Assembly: GCA_028823955.1 (NCBI GenBank)
Contig: JAPPFE010000001.1
Coordinates: 22,560-86,559 of the forward strand
DNA: 64,000 nt
Direction of reading: 5' to 3'
DNA from: Candidatus Dadabacteria bacterium
GTDB lineage: Bacteria; Desulfobacterota_D; UBA1144; Nemesobacterales; Nemesobacteraceae
Shown one piece after another: positions 53,578-63,232 of the stretch. The notes under the pieces were generated by a model that saw only the letters and a program-made list of their open reading frames with translations, was not told the DNA's origin and ran no database searches. Position numbers and translations under genes: made by a program. Each line of letters opens with the position of its first letter. The stretch's first letter is position 1.

Positions 53578-53641
53578 CGTTTCAATGATGGCCGGACCTG
53601 AACCGGACGGTTACTATAACAGTCCGCATCCACGGCAAGAA

Positions 53642-55321
53642 TTACCATCCGGAAAGCTCGCTCGCGGGGAAATCGTTGCTCTCCTCACAGTCATCACCGA
53701 GGCTTACGTCCGTGGTATCGTCGGCATCCCAGAAATTTCCCAAGACTTTCCGAAGACACTCAGAGTCTTCCCCAACTTCCTGACCGAGAAACCTGTGCGT
53801 GATAACGAGACGGTGATCGGGCGAGCCTGAAAAATAAGCCATAATTTCATCCTGTCGCGGATCCGGACTGAAATAGTGCTTTATATCAAGACCTCCCCTG
53901 TAGACAATCACGTTCTCGGCCTCAATGCCTGAAACCCGAGGCAACGCAATTCTCCCTGTCTGCTCGACTAAATGCGGACAGACGCTGAGATAAGTCTTGT
54001 AGCCAACAAGAAAACCGTATCCGAACGCTTCCTTGGTTCCGCCGTTGTCCCCGGGAAGTTCTTCATTTCCTACCTCATCGTAACGGGAAAGACTGTCAGG
54101 GTCTTCCGCCCTGTTTATCCCGAAAGAGCAGATCATTCCCGTACGGTTTGTTATTCCCGGGAAAAACCCGCCCGCTCCCACCAGCAGATCAGTCCATCTG
54201 GCTTCGTCCCCGTCAAGATCAGGAAGACCGTATGTCTCCCTCGGGTGTTCGCCGGACATGCTACTGTAGTCACGCGGTCCGTATCCGGTAGCAATTTCAC
54301 GTTCGCCTCGGTCATGCGCATTTGCGATCTCTCCAATGTATCTTATCGCCCGGCCGACCTTTTGTTCTTCCTCGACAAGATGAACAATCCTGTCAAAAGC
54401 CCCTCCCGCGTAAACCGTCTCCCCGTCAATTCGAACAGGAGTTGAGTGATAAGTGTCCATAAAACGGCGGAAGTTCTCTCTTATATCAGGATAGGATGCA
54501 GTACACGAAGAGTCATCCTCGCACGCGCTGAAAAGAATGTCCATCATGCGCGCGGCGTTGTGAAGACCGTCTGATATGGGATGCTCTCCCGGGGCCGTGA
54601 CCTGCTCAAAAAACACGTTGTGAAGCCGCGGGCGGTCATTCTCCGCAAGCATGTAGCCCACTATGACACCCCCGAACGAACTTGTATAGAGATTCACGGG
54701 AGAGCGCACGGTGCCTGAAGGCACAAAATCAGACGCTTTCATCTTCTTTCCGTTAACCGTAACATCCTCATCTTCCGCAAACATGCGTATTACGGAATTG
54801 GCGTCACGCGCATTCAGTACGGGGTTTATTTTGCTGAAGGTATCGTGGCCTTTCAGGCAGGCAATAAAGTTCCGACCCGGAGCGCACTCCTTCCCGGCAG
54901 TGATGTCAGTAATATTCGACCCGCGGTAGTTTATCGCGACCCAGGCAGTGTGCGCCCCCTGGTCCTCACTAAGCAGTCCGGTAACCTTGGAACCCGTTCC
55001 GCCCTGAATTATAACGCCGAGGCGACTGACAGTGCCGATTCCGGTCTGCGCATTACTTTCGCGAAGGGAAACCCACACGTCTATGGATACGCCGTCAGAA
55101 GCGGTGTATGTTCCCGAATATACTTCACCGAAATAGTCACTCAGGTCTGCGGTGTCGGCAGTCCTTAGAACAAGACTCTCAGTTGGCTGAGGCATAACTG
55201 GAGGTGTAACGGGAGGGGCCTGTTCGCCACCGCCACCGCCCCCACCGCATCCCGTGGCAAGAGAAACCAAAAAGACTCCCAAGGCAAAACTCCACAGCGC
55301 GAAGCGGCATGGATTGTCCAT
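53642..55321 (-). CDS. Lipoprotein, divergent alpha/beta-hydrolase (TAP-like)
   Basis: Lipobox LATGC followed by a poly-Gly/Pro linker; QGGTGS, NYRGS, LYTSSFGG nucleophile elbow, CEDDSSCTASYP and GGLD. Confidence 0.6.
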   Translation of the reverse strand: MDNPCRFALWSFALGVFLVSLATGCGGGGGGGEQAPPVTPPVMPQPTESLVLRTADTADLSDYFGEVYSGTYTASDGVSIDVWVSLRESNAQTGIGTVSRLGVIIQGGTGSKVTGLLSEDQGAHTAWVAINYRGSNITDITAGKECAPGRNFIACLKGHDTFSKINPVLNARDANSVIRMFAEDEDVTVNGKKMKASDFVPSGTVRSPVNLYTSSFGGVIVGYMLAENDRPRLHNVFFEQVTAPGEHPISDGLHNAARMMDILFSACEDDSSCTASYPDIRENFRRFMDTYHSTPVRIDGETVYAGGAFDRIVHLVEEEQKVGRAIRYIGEIANAHDRGEREIATGYGPRDYSSMSGEHPRETYGLPDLDGDEARWTDLLVGAGGFFPGITNRTGMICSFGINRAEDPDSLSRYDEVGNEELPGDNGGTKEAFGYGFLVGYKTYLSVCPHLVEQTGRIALPRVSGIEAENVIVYRGGLDIKHYFSPDPRQDEIMAYFSGSPDHRLVITHRFLGQEVGEDSECLRKVLGNFWDADDTTDVSLGDDCEESNDFPASELSGW

Positions 55322-55440
55322 CGTAATTTCCTCCAGATTTTAGGATCCTAATACAAGGTGGCTGAAAATATTACTACGGCGTTAAGAATAAAACAAATCC
55401 GCGGAAAGCTGAGAATGCCCGCGGGGATTCCTTCGGTTAA

Positions 55441-55460
55441 AAACCATAACGTTATGGTTT
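55441..55460. promoter_or_regulatory. Perfect 20-bp palindrome, putative operator of the Fic-MerR gene
   Basis: AAACCATAAC|GTTATGGTTT, 12 nt upstream of the ATG at 55473. Confidence 0.7.
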
Positions 55461-55472
55461 ATGGTTTATACT

Positions 55473-56462
55473 ATGAACTACGAAAAACTGACTGCGAAAA
55501 AGAAGCTGCTGGATAAATACTGGCCGCTGCCTGACGCGCTCACAAGCAATCTGGACGGATGGTTTCGGGTTGAGCTTACCTACACAAGTAACGCGATTGA
55601 AGGAAATACGCTAGGCCGACGTGAGACCGCGCTTGTTATTGAAAAAAGTCTCGCCGTGGGCGGCAAATCGCTTCTGGAGCACACAGAGGCCGTAAACCAC
55701 GCCCGCGCGCTTGACTGGACAAGAAAACAGGCGAAACGCAGACCGCACTCGCTGACCGAAAAAGATGTTCTGAATATTCACTGCCTTATCATGAAAGGTA
55801 TTGATGATTTCAACTCTGGTCGTTATCGGGCGACGCCGGTGCGAATATCCGGCTCGGCTGCGGTGCTTCCAATCCCGCGCAAAGTGCCGGACCTTATGAA
55901 TGGATTTGTTAAATGGCTCGGGCTCGCAACCGGCCTGCATTCCGTGGAACTGGCCGCGGAGGCCCATTACAGGCTGGTCACCATTCACCCGTTTACAGAC
56001 GGCAACGGCCGTACTTCTCGGCTTCTGATGAACATGATCCTGCTCATGTCGGGCTACCCTGAAGCGATAATACGCAAACGCGACCGGCTGGCTTATATCG
56101 ACTCGCTTGAAAAAGCGCAGACGGGCGGGTCCATGGACACATACATGAAAATTGTCGCACAGGCAGTTAGCCGGTCCCTTGACATATACCTCAGGGCGGC
56201 CGAAGGCAAAACGGATACAGGCAAGGAAAAAGGCCCTCTGCTAAGGGCCGGCGAGATTGCAAAGCTGGCCAACCGGAGAAATTCCACAATACGCCACTGG
56301 ACCAAGGAAGGTCTGCTTGAAATCGCCGAAATTACTGACGCCGGGTACAAGCTCTACGCACAGGAGATGGTTGAAAGAATAAGATTGATAAACGAACTTA
56401 AATCCCGCAGACTCACGCTCAGGGAAATCAGGAAGAAAATACTGCGTGATTCTCCAGACTGA
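55473..56462 (+). CDS. Fic family protein fused to a C-terminal MerR-type HTH
   Basis: YTSNAIEGN; HPFTDGNGRTSR; C-terminal RAGEIAKLA...TIRHWTKEGLL...AGYKLY...LTLREIR. Confidence 0.9.
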   Translation: MNYEKLTAKKKLLDKYWPLPDALTSNLDGWFRVELTYTSNAIEGNTLGRRETALVIEKSLAVGGKSLLEHTEAVNHARALDWTRKQAKRRPHSLTEKDVLNIHCLIMKGIDDFNSGRYRATPVRISGSAAVLPIPRKVPDLMNGFVKWLGLATGLHSVELAAEAHYRLVTIHPFTDGNGRTSRLLMNMILLMSGYPEAIIRKRDRLAYIDSLEKAQTGGSMDTYMKIVAQAVSRSLDIYLRAAEGKTDTGKEKGPLLRAGEIAKLANRRNSTIRHWTKEGLLEIAEITDAGYKLYAQEMVERIRLINELKSRRLTLREIRKKILRDSPD

Positions 56463-56566
56463 GCAGAATAGTAGATTTATCGGTATTTTTTCGAAATATC
56501 CTTATAATCCACTTCCCGCTTGTGTACTATTTCCCGTGGTTTTTCAGTTAACAGTGAGGTTCTTAG

Positions 56567-57289
56567 TTGCTCATAATTCCCGCAATAGACTTAAAAGACG
56601 GAAACTGCGTGCGGCTTCTCAGGGGGGAAGAAGGCACGGAGACCGTGTTTTCAGACAGCCCTTCTGACACCGCGAAAAAGTGGGAGACGGGCAGAGCCGA
56701 GTGGATTCACGTCGTGGACCTTGACGGTGCCTTCAGGGGAAACCCGAGGAATTTCGAAGCCGTGCACCAGATAGTCCGCTCCGTTTCCTCAAGCATCCAG
56801 GTGGGAGGCGGAATAAGAAACATCGCCACGGTGGAGAGATACCTCGAAATTGGTATCAAAAGAGTGATAATAGGCACTTCGGCCTTTACCGACAGGGAGT
56901 TTCTCGAGGACGTCTGCGGAAGATTCCCCGGAAGAATAGCCGTCGGGGTCGACACCAGGGGCGGGAAAGTAGCCCTTCGGGGATGGAAGGAGACAGTAGA
57001 CGCGTCCATTGAGCGGACGATGCTTGAATTCCGCGATATCGGAGTGTCGCTTGTGATTCACACAAACGTCGACAGGGACGGAACAATGGAAGGAACCGAC
57101 ACGGCTTCAGTAAAGGATTTTCTTTCCATCTGCCCCCTTCCTGTAATCGTTTCAGGCGGCATCGCGTCGCTCGGCGACCTTGAAAAGATACAGTCAATCG
57201 GGGAGACGAACCTTGTGGGGGCGATTCTCGGAAAATCGCTTTACTCGGGCTCCATAGACCTTGGAGACGCCATAAGAAGGTTTCAGTGA
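56567..57289 (+). CDS. hisA: ProFAR isomerase
   Basis: [30 protein letters not shown] and DRDGTMEG motifs. Confidence 0.96.
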   Translation: MLIIPAIDLKDGNCVRLLRGEEGTETVFSDSPSDTAKKWETGRAEWIHVVDLDGAFRGNPRNFEAVHQIVRSVSSSIQVGGGIRNIATVERYLEIGIKRVIIGTSAFTDREFLEDVCGRFPGRIAVGVDTRGGKVALRGWKETVDASIERTMLEFRDIGVSLVIHTNVDRDGTMEGTDTASVKDFLSICPLPVIVSGGIASLGDLEKIQSIGETNLVGAILGKSLYSGSIDLGDAIRRFQ

Positions 57290-57290
57290 A

Positions 57291-58052
57291 ATGGTTTCAA
57301 AACGGATAATTCCATGTCTTGATGTAAAGGACGGGAGAGTGGTAAAAGGGGTTCGCTTTGTTAACCTCAGGGACGCCGGAGACCCTGTTGAGGTAGCGAA
57401 AAAGTACAGCGAAGAGGGCGCTGACGAGATAACCTTTCTCGATATCACCGCCTCGCACGAAAAGAGGAAAACCATGATAGACGTAGTCGAGCGGACCGCG
57501 AGCGAGGTCTTCGTTCCCCTGACCGTCGGAGGGGGGCTGAGAACCGTGGAAGACATAAGGGAGCTTCTGCTGGCGGGGGCGGACAAGGTAACGATCAACA
57601 CGGCGGCAATAGCGGAACCGGATTTCGTAAGACGTGCTTCCCATAGGTTCGGAAGCCAGTGCATAGTGGTAGCCATAGACGCGAGGAGAAGAGAAGGCGA
57701 CGGATGGGAAGTCTTCACCCACGGCGGACGCAACCCGACCGGAATAGACGCCGTCGGGTGGGCCGCGAAGATGGAGAACTTCGGAGCGGGAGAGATTCTT
57801 CTTACGAGCATGGACAGGGACGGCACCGAGGACGGGTACGATCTTTCACTCACAAGAACCATCTCCGAGACCGTCGGCATCCCCGTCATAGCTTCTGGAG
57901 GCGCGGGACGGCTTGAACATCTGGTTGAAGCAGTGGAAGCGGGACGGGCGGATGCGGTTTTGTGCGCCTCGATTTTTCATTACGGCAAGTATTCAATAAA
58001 CGAGGCGAAACAGTTCCTGTCGGAGAAAGGGGTACTTGTAAGACTGGTGTAA
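57291..58052 (+). CDS. hisF: Imidazole glycerol phosphate synthase cyclase subunit
   Basis: [24 protein letters not shown] and IASGGAG motifs. Confidence 0.97.
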   Translation: MVSKRIIPCLDVKDGRVVKGVRFVNLRDAGDPVEVAKKYSEEGADEITFLDITASHEKRKTMIDVVERTASEVFVPLTVGGGLRTVEDIRELLLAGADKVTINTAAIAEPDFVRRASHRFGSQCIVVAIDARRREGDGWEVFTHGGRNPTGIDAVGWAAKMENFGAGEILLTSMDRDGTEDGYDLSLTRTISETVGIPVIASGGAGRLEHLVEAVEAGRADAVLCASIFHYGKYSINEAKQFLSEKGVLVRLV

Positions 58053-58070
58053 AAAGAGGTTCAGGATATC

Positions 58071-59141
58071 TTGCTCATACGAAAGCAGACTGAAGAAAAC
58101 GAAAAAAAGTTGCTGAGCCCCATAGCGGCTTTGAGCTGCGAGTCAAAAGGCAGGGCAAGACCCGAGCGTGAATGCGACATAAGAACATGCTTTCAGAGAG
58201 ACAGGGACAGGGTAATACATTCCAAGGCGTTTCGAAGGCTGAAGCACAAAACCCAGGTTTTCATCTCCCCCACCAACGATCATTACCGCACAAGGCTTAC
58301 CCACGTAATAGAAGTTTCCCAGATAGCAAGAACCATATCCAGAGCGCTGATGCTTAACGAAGACCTGACCGAAGCCATAGCGCTCGGACACGACCTCGGC
58401 CACACCCCCTTCGGCCACTCCGGGGAAGCGGCACTGAACGAGATGTTTCCCGGCGGATTCAAGCATGTCCGCCAGAGCATGAGAATCATTGACGTACTTG
58501 AGCGCGACGGAGAGGGACTCAACCTGACGCATGAGGTGAGGGACGGAATAGCGAAGCATTCCAAAGGATGGGGAAAGGAGGGAATAGACACGGAGGAAAA
58601 CAGGCCCCTTACCCTTGAAGGCCAGATAACCAAGATCTCGGACCTCGTGGCTTATGCCAATCACGATCTTGATGACGCCACCCGCTCCGGTATAATCTCG
58701 CCCGGTGACGTACCCGAAAAATACATCTCGGTTCTCGGGAAAACAGCTTCGCGGCGGATAAACACCATGGTGGTCGATATCGTGGAGCAGACTATCGAGG
58801 GCGGCCTCAAGAGAGTGCTCATGAGTGAGGAGGTGCTAGAAGCCCTTATGGGACTCAGAGCCTATCTGTACGAGAATGTCTACACAAGCGAGCGATTGCT
58901 CTCTCTTCACAACAAGTCCAAGAAGGTGGTAAAGGAACTTTATCTCTATTTCTGCGAGAACGAGAAGATATTCAGGGAGAATTTCTGCAGAATGCCCGAG
59001 CGGGAAGGCGAAACCCTGGAGAGAGCCGTATGCGACTTCATAGCGGGAATGTCGGATCTCTACGCGCTGTCGCTTTATCAGAAGATATTCCTCCCGAGTA
59101 GGTGGACGAAGGGCGAGGAAGCGCGGGGAATGGAAGTGTGA
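58071..59141 (+). CDS. dgt: Deoxyguanosinetriphosphate triphosphohydrolase (HD domain)
   Basis: FRRLKHKTQVF, RTRLTH, HDLGHTPFGHSGE and DFIAGMSD motifs. Confidence 0.93.
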   Translation: MLIRKQTEENEKKLLSPIAALSCESKGRARPERECDIRTCFQRDRDRVIHSKAFRRLKHKTQVFISPTNDHYRTRLTHVIEVSQIARTISRALMLNEDLTEAIALGHDLGHTPFGHSGEAALNEMFPGGFKHVRQSMRIIDVLERDGEGLNLTHEVRDGIAKHSKGWGKEGIDTEENRPLTLEGQITKISDLVAYANHDLDDATRSGIISPGDVPEKYISVLGKTASRRINTMVVDIVEQTIEGGLKRVLMSEEVLEALMGLRAYLYENVYTSERLLSLHNKSKKVVKELYLYFCENEKIFRENFCRMPEREGETLERAVCDFIAGMSDLYALSLYQKIFLPSRWTKGEEARGMEV

Positions 59142-59974
59142 ACGAAAAAAAGGGGGGACATCCATTGATAAATCTAGGAGCAGCGCCTTTTCTTAACATG
59201 CGGCCGCTTATTTATCCTCTGGAAAAAGGCCTGGTGGAGCACAGCTTTAATATAATGTATTTTGACCCTTTCCTTCTTTCCGGCAATCTGTCGGAAGGAG
59301 TGATTGACGTCGCGCCCATTCCCTCGGTTGAATTTCTAAGAACCGACGACTACTGCATTCTGCCCGACATTTCCATATCCTCTTTCGGAAAAGTCGACAG
59401 CGTCATACTCAAGGCACGAAAAGAAATAACGAAAATAACAAGCGTGTCCGTCGACAGCAGGTCCAAGAGCTCAACAGCCCTGCTCAGAATCGTACTGGAG
59501 CTTTTCCTCGGTCTTACGCCCGAATACGTAAAAAGAAGTCCGGGAAACGGATTCCTTGAGGAAGTCGACGCGGGAATGCTGATCGGCAACGCGGGTCTTG
59601 GTTCCCGTCATCTCTGCAGAGACAACTCCCTTCTCACGTACGATCTCGGGGAACTGTGGACGGAGGAAACCGCCCTCCCCTTCGTATACGCGCTGATGGC
59701 GACGAGAAAAGGGGACGGCGCTACCGCGGAAGGCTGCAGATGTCTTGTTTCGACAAGGGACAAAGGAGTGGGTCTCATCAGGGAAATAGCGGATATCGAA
59801 TCGCGGAAGCTGGGGCTGAGCAGGGAGCAGTGCGAGACCTATCTTCAGCACAGAATCAAATACGACCTTGACGATGCCAAGGTGGAAGGACTCACAAGGT
59901 ATCGCGACCTTCTTTTTGTGCTTGGCGAAATAGAGAAGAAAAACGAAATGGACTTTCACGCAGCCCTGTCATAA
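59138..59974 (+). CDS. mqnA: Chorismate dehydratase (futalosine pathway)
   Basis: FLNMRPL, GKVDSV, SKSSTAL and DLGELW..TALPFVYA motifs; adjacent to mqnD. Confidence 0.85.
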   Translation: MNEKKGGHPLINLGAAPFLNMRPLIYPLEKGLVEHSFNIMYFDPFLLSGNLSEGVIDVAPIPSVEFLRTDDYCILPDISISSFGKVDSVILKARKEITKITSVSVDSRSKSSTALLRIVLELFLGLTPEYVKRSPGNGFLEEVDAGMLIGNAGLGSRHLCRDNSLLTYDLGELWTEETALPFVYALMATRKGDGATAEGCRCLVSTRDKGVGLIREIADIESRKLGLSREQCETYLQHRIKYDLDDAKVEGLTRYRDLLFVLGEIEKKNEMDFHAALS

Positions 59975-59997
59975 ACAAAACCCGAGGGGAAACGAGA

Positions 59998-60831
59998 ATG
60001 GAGAAACAAATCATGAAACTGGGCCACAGTCCCGACGCTGACGACGCTTTTATGTTCTACGCCATAGCGAGCGGAAAGGTGCCTTCCGAGAAAATCGACT
60101 TTGAGCATGTGATCGAGGACATACAGTCGCTTAACAGAAGAGCCATGAATGCTGAGCTTGAGGTGACGGCAATTTCTGCCCACGGATACCTGAGCGTGCA
60201 GGACCGCTACCGGATTCTCTCCTGCGGGGCCAGCATGGGAAAAGGGTATGGCCCCATAGTGGTTGCCAAGAAAAAAATTTCTGACCTCAGGGGAAAAGTC
60301 GTCGCGGTACCTGGAAAGCTTACTACTGCATATCTTCTTCTGAGTCTCTATGCTGATGATTTCATCCCGGTTGAAGTGCCCTTTGACAAGATCATGGACA
60401 AGGTGCTCGAAGAAGAGGTAGACGCGGGTCTTCTTATACATGAAGGACAGCTTACCTACGAAGAGACGGGACTTGATCTTCTCTTCGATCTTGGAGCGAT
60501 GTGGGCCGAGGAGACCGATCTTCCGATGCCGCTTGGACTTAACGTGCTCAGAAGAGACATACCCCGGGGGCTCGACACCGAAGTTCTTCGGGTACACAAA
60601 GAAAGCATAGAGTACGCTCTCTCGAACAAAAAAGAGGCTCTTGATTATGCGATGCGTTTTGGAAGGGGAATGAGCGAGGATACGGGAGAGAAATTCGTCT
60701 TAATGTACGTAAATGAGTGGACCAGGGATCTTGGCGAAAGCGGAACCGGGGCTCTTGAGTATCTTTTTGAAAAAGCCCGAGCAAAGGGAATCATAGCCGA
60801 GAACCCAATGCTTGATATTCTCTGCGGGTAA
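59998..60831 (+). CDS. mqnD: 1,4-dihydroxy-6-naphthoate synthase (futalosine pathway)
   Basis: GHSPDADDAFMF, GYGP, TTAYLL, LIHEGQ, PLG and MYVNE motifs. Confidence 0.9.
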   Translation: MEKQIMKLGHSPDADDAFMFYAIASGKVPSEKIDFEHVIEDIQSLNRRAMNAELEVTAISAHGYLSVQDRYRILSCGASMGKGYGPIVVAKKKISDLRGKVVAVPGKLTTAYLLLSLYADDFIPVEVPFDKIMDKVLEEEVDAGLLIHEGQLTYEETGLDLLFDLGAMWAEETDLPMPLGLNVLRRDIPRGLDTEVLRVHKESIEYALSNKKEALDYAMRFGRGMSEDTGEKFVLMYVNEWTRDLGESGTGALEYLFEKARAKGIIAENPMLDILCG

Positions 60832-60861
60832 TTTTATTTCAGCCGGGGGAGGCACCACCCG

Positions 60862-61947
60862 TTATCCGTTCCGGTCCATTTTCCCTGAGATCACTTTTTC
60901 AACAAATCCGAGAAGAAACCCTATGAGACAACGAAACTCTTCTTCCCGTCTCCACGGCATCCTGAGCCTGTCGCTTATCTCAATCTGGATTGCGGGAACC
61001 GAAAACCGCTTCGCAGCGAACTTGGCCACGGTCATCTGCCTTGCGGCGGGAAATATATCGGCGCTTCCGGCCGTGATTCCATACTCCTCGGCGACAAGGT
61101 AAAACTTGTCAAGAACATCAGGCGCCGAAAGAAGAAATTCCCTCTCATCCCCCACGCCTGGAAACAGATCCTCGGACCTTTCGTTTCCGGTACCGTGTAT
61201 GTCCACAACTAGATCTATTCTCCTCTCGGAGAGAACCCTCTCAAGCACAGCCTTAAACCCGCAGTCATCATAGTAATTCGGGTCTGTCCCCTGTTCCCTG
61301 TTCGCGTAAAGACAGTGGCAGCCGAGAACCAGATGCAACACGGCTCCCAGAGCGGCTGTGTAGAATTCATGACGCTTCAGTTTCCCCATTCTCGTGTGAG
61401 CGGTCGAGTGCGGACAGGTAACCAGAACCGGGACCGTGCCTTCAAGAAAAATGTTCTCTTCCGAGCGACCGTCGGGTTTCATCCTGTAATACTGTTTTTG
61501 GATATTCTCAAAACTGACGGCAAAAGAGAAGGGGTCCTCTCCGCAGAGGGCGGGAGCGGAGAACCAGTTGCCGCTTTTTATTATGTTCCCATCGCTAATC
61601 TGCCTTCTGAGCTCCGGGCCGGGTTCATATACATAAAAAGACTCTTCTTCCAGGCGGATAACGGATCTTGAAAAAAGCTTTTCATCCACGCCTTCGAGGC
61701 GGTCCACGCTCCCGATAAAGAGTTCGGAATCCGAGGGAAGCTCATAAAGCTCTCCCCAGACAGCAAGCGGGGAAGTCTCATCAAACACGGCCGCCGGATA
61801 GCCAAAAGGCGTACGGTAAAGGATCCCGGGAACTTTCATCATCCTGAGCAATCTGCATCGCTCAAGGTGCCCGCTTCTTGCCCCGCCCTTTCGCAGGGTT
61901 CCATAGACGAAAAGCTTTCCGGGCTTCGGTTTGGTCATCGCAGACAC
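60862..61947 (-). CDS. Fusion of a gamma-glutamylcyclotransferase-like domain and a Zn-exopeptidase-fold (N-formylglutamate amidohydrolase / poly-gamma-glutamate hydrolase-like) domain
   Basis: N-terminal LFVYGTLRKG...GELYE...DRLEG; C-terminal TCPH, HEFYT, DIHG and AIQIEISDRLR. Confidence 0.7.
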   Translation of the reverse strand: MSAMTKPKPGKLFVYGTLRKGGARSGHLERCRLLRMMKVPGILYRTPFGYPAAVFDETSPLAVWGELYELPSDSELFIGSVDRLEGVDEKLFSRSVIRLEEESFYVYEPGPELRRQISDGNIIKSGNWFSAPALCGEDPFSFAVSFENIQKQYYRMKPDGRSEENIFLEGTVPVLVTCPHSTAHTRMGKLKRHEFYTAALGAVLHLVLGCHCLYANREQGTDPNYYDDCGFKAVLERVLSERRIDLVVDIHGTGNERSEDLFPGVGDEREFLLSAPDVLDKFYLVAEEYGITAGSADIFPAARQMTVAKFAAKRFSVPAIQIEISDRLRMPWRREEEFRCLIGFLLGFVEKVISGKMDRNG

Positions 61948-61955
61948 TGAAGGAA

Positions 61956-63212
61956 TTAATGCTCACTAGGGACGCAGGAATCTTTTCGGTAGATGAAATT
62001 CCCCCCTACCATTGAGAACTGGAGATCCTCCGGTTCTGAAGACACTACACAGGAATAGGGATCCGGTGCGCTTTGCGCCTCGTAGTCAACGCATATGATG
62101 TCGGCGCTTTTTCCGATCTCAAGACTCCCCGTCTTCTCCTCGATAAAAAGAGCCCTCGCCCCGCCCAGAGTAGCGGAATAAACCGCCAGACGGGCGCTCT
62201 GCCGTATCCCCTGCTCAACCATAATGTCATGCAGGAATCTGATCTCCCGAAAGAAATCAAGGTCTGAGTTGCTCGAAAGCCCGTCAGTCCCGAGCCCTAC
62301 TCTTTCATGATCAAGCATCCGGCTCAGGTTCGGTTTACCCACTCCGAGAAGAACATTGCTTCTTGGGCAGAGGATAATACCGATGTCGGCGCTCCGGATT
62401 ACCTCCATGTCCTCATCTCCCACCTGAACCATGTGAACCGCGGAGAGTTTTACGTCTTTTCCGCGAAGAAATCTGTTTATGTAGAGTGTCGGAGTATCGG
62501 CCCGTGGCCTTTTGAAGGTTTCCTTTTTTATGAGCGGGAAGATTTTCCGTTCAAATTCATTGGGCAGGTTCTTCAGAAAATCAACTTCATCAGGGCTCTC
62601 GCCCAGATGTATTCCCGTCGCAACCGAGGTTTTGCGCGTGCGGGTAAAAACCGCCTCCAGCAGCTCCGGACCGCAGGAATAGGGCGCGTGCGGAAAGGGT
62701 CTTTCCTCGTAGAGGTCTTCGCTTTGAAATTCAAGCGAGGAAAGTCTGGGTGAGATGCGGTCAAAAAGTTCGAGAAACGCGATAATTCTCATCCCCGAGC
62801 CTTTAAGCATCTCCCTCCCGTCGAAATCCAGAGAGGATATTTCCCCTACCGTAGTGACTCCACTTTCGATGACGTCGCGAATCCCCGCCCTCATTGAATC
62901 CTCGACAAGATCTTGATTAACTCCGCCGGCCTTAAGAGTGATCAGCCGCTCAAGCCATCCGGTAAAATCTTTGAAATCCCTGATCTTCCCCTTTGTCCAA
63001 CTGAGCTCAAGGTGGGTGTGGGCGTTTACGAACCCGGGAAGTATTATCGAGTTTGGCCTTCTTATTTTCTGTAAGCCGGGATAGTCAGTCTCGATTCTAT
63101 CTGATGTTCCGATGTCAACGATACGTCCCCCGTCCACGACGACGGCTCCATTGCGAATCGGTTCAGAACTTACCGGAATCACCACATCCGCCTTTAAAAG
63201 CAGTCTTTCCAT
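61956..63212 (-). CDS. Amidohydrolase, probable aminofutalosine deaminase
   Basis: PGFVNAHTHLE, PHAPYS, HLGESPDE and GTDGLSSN motifs; close to mqnA/mqnD. Confidence 0.75.
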   Translation of the reverse strand: MERLLLKADVVIPVSSEPIRNGAVVVDGGRIVDIGTSDRIETDYPGLQKIRRPNSIILPGFVNAHTHLELSWTKGKIRDFKDFTGWLERLITLKAGGVNQDLVEDSMRAGIRDVIESGVTTVGEISSLDFDGREMLKGSGMRIIAFLELFDRISPRLSSLEFQSEDLYEERPFPHAPYSCGPELLEAVFTRTRKTSVATGIHLGESPDEVDFLKNLPNEFERKIFPLIKKETFKRPRADTPTLYINRFLRGKDVKLSAVHMVQVGDEDMEVIRSADIGIILCPRSNVLLGVGKPNLSRMLDHERVGLGTDGLSSNSDLDFFREIRFLHDIMVEQGIRQSARLAVYSATLGGARALFIEEKTGSLEIGKSADIICVDYEAQSAPDPYSCVVSSEPEDLQFSMVGGNFIYRKDSCVPSEH

Positions 63213-63232
63213 CAAAAAATGAATCGGTCGCT

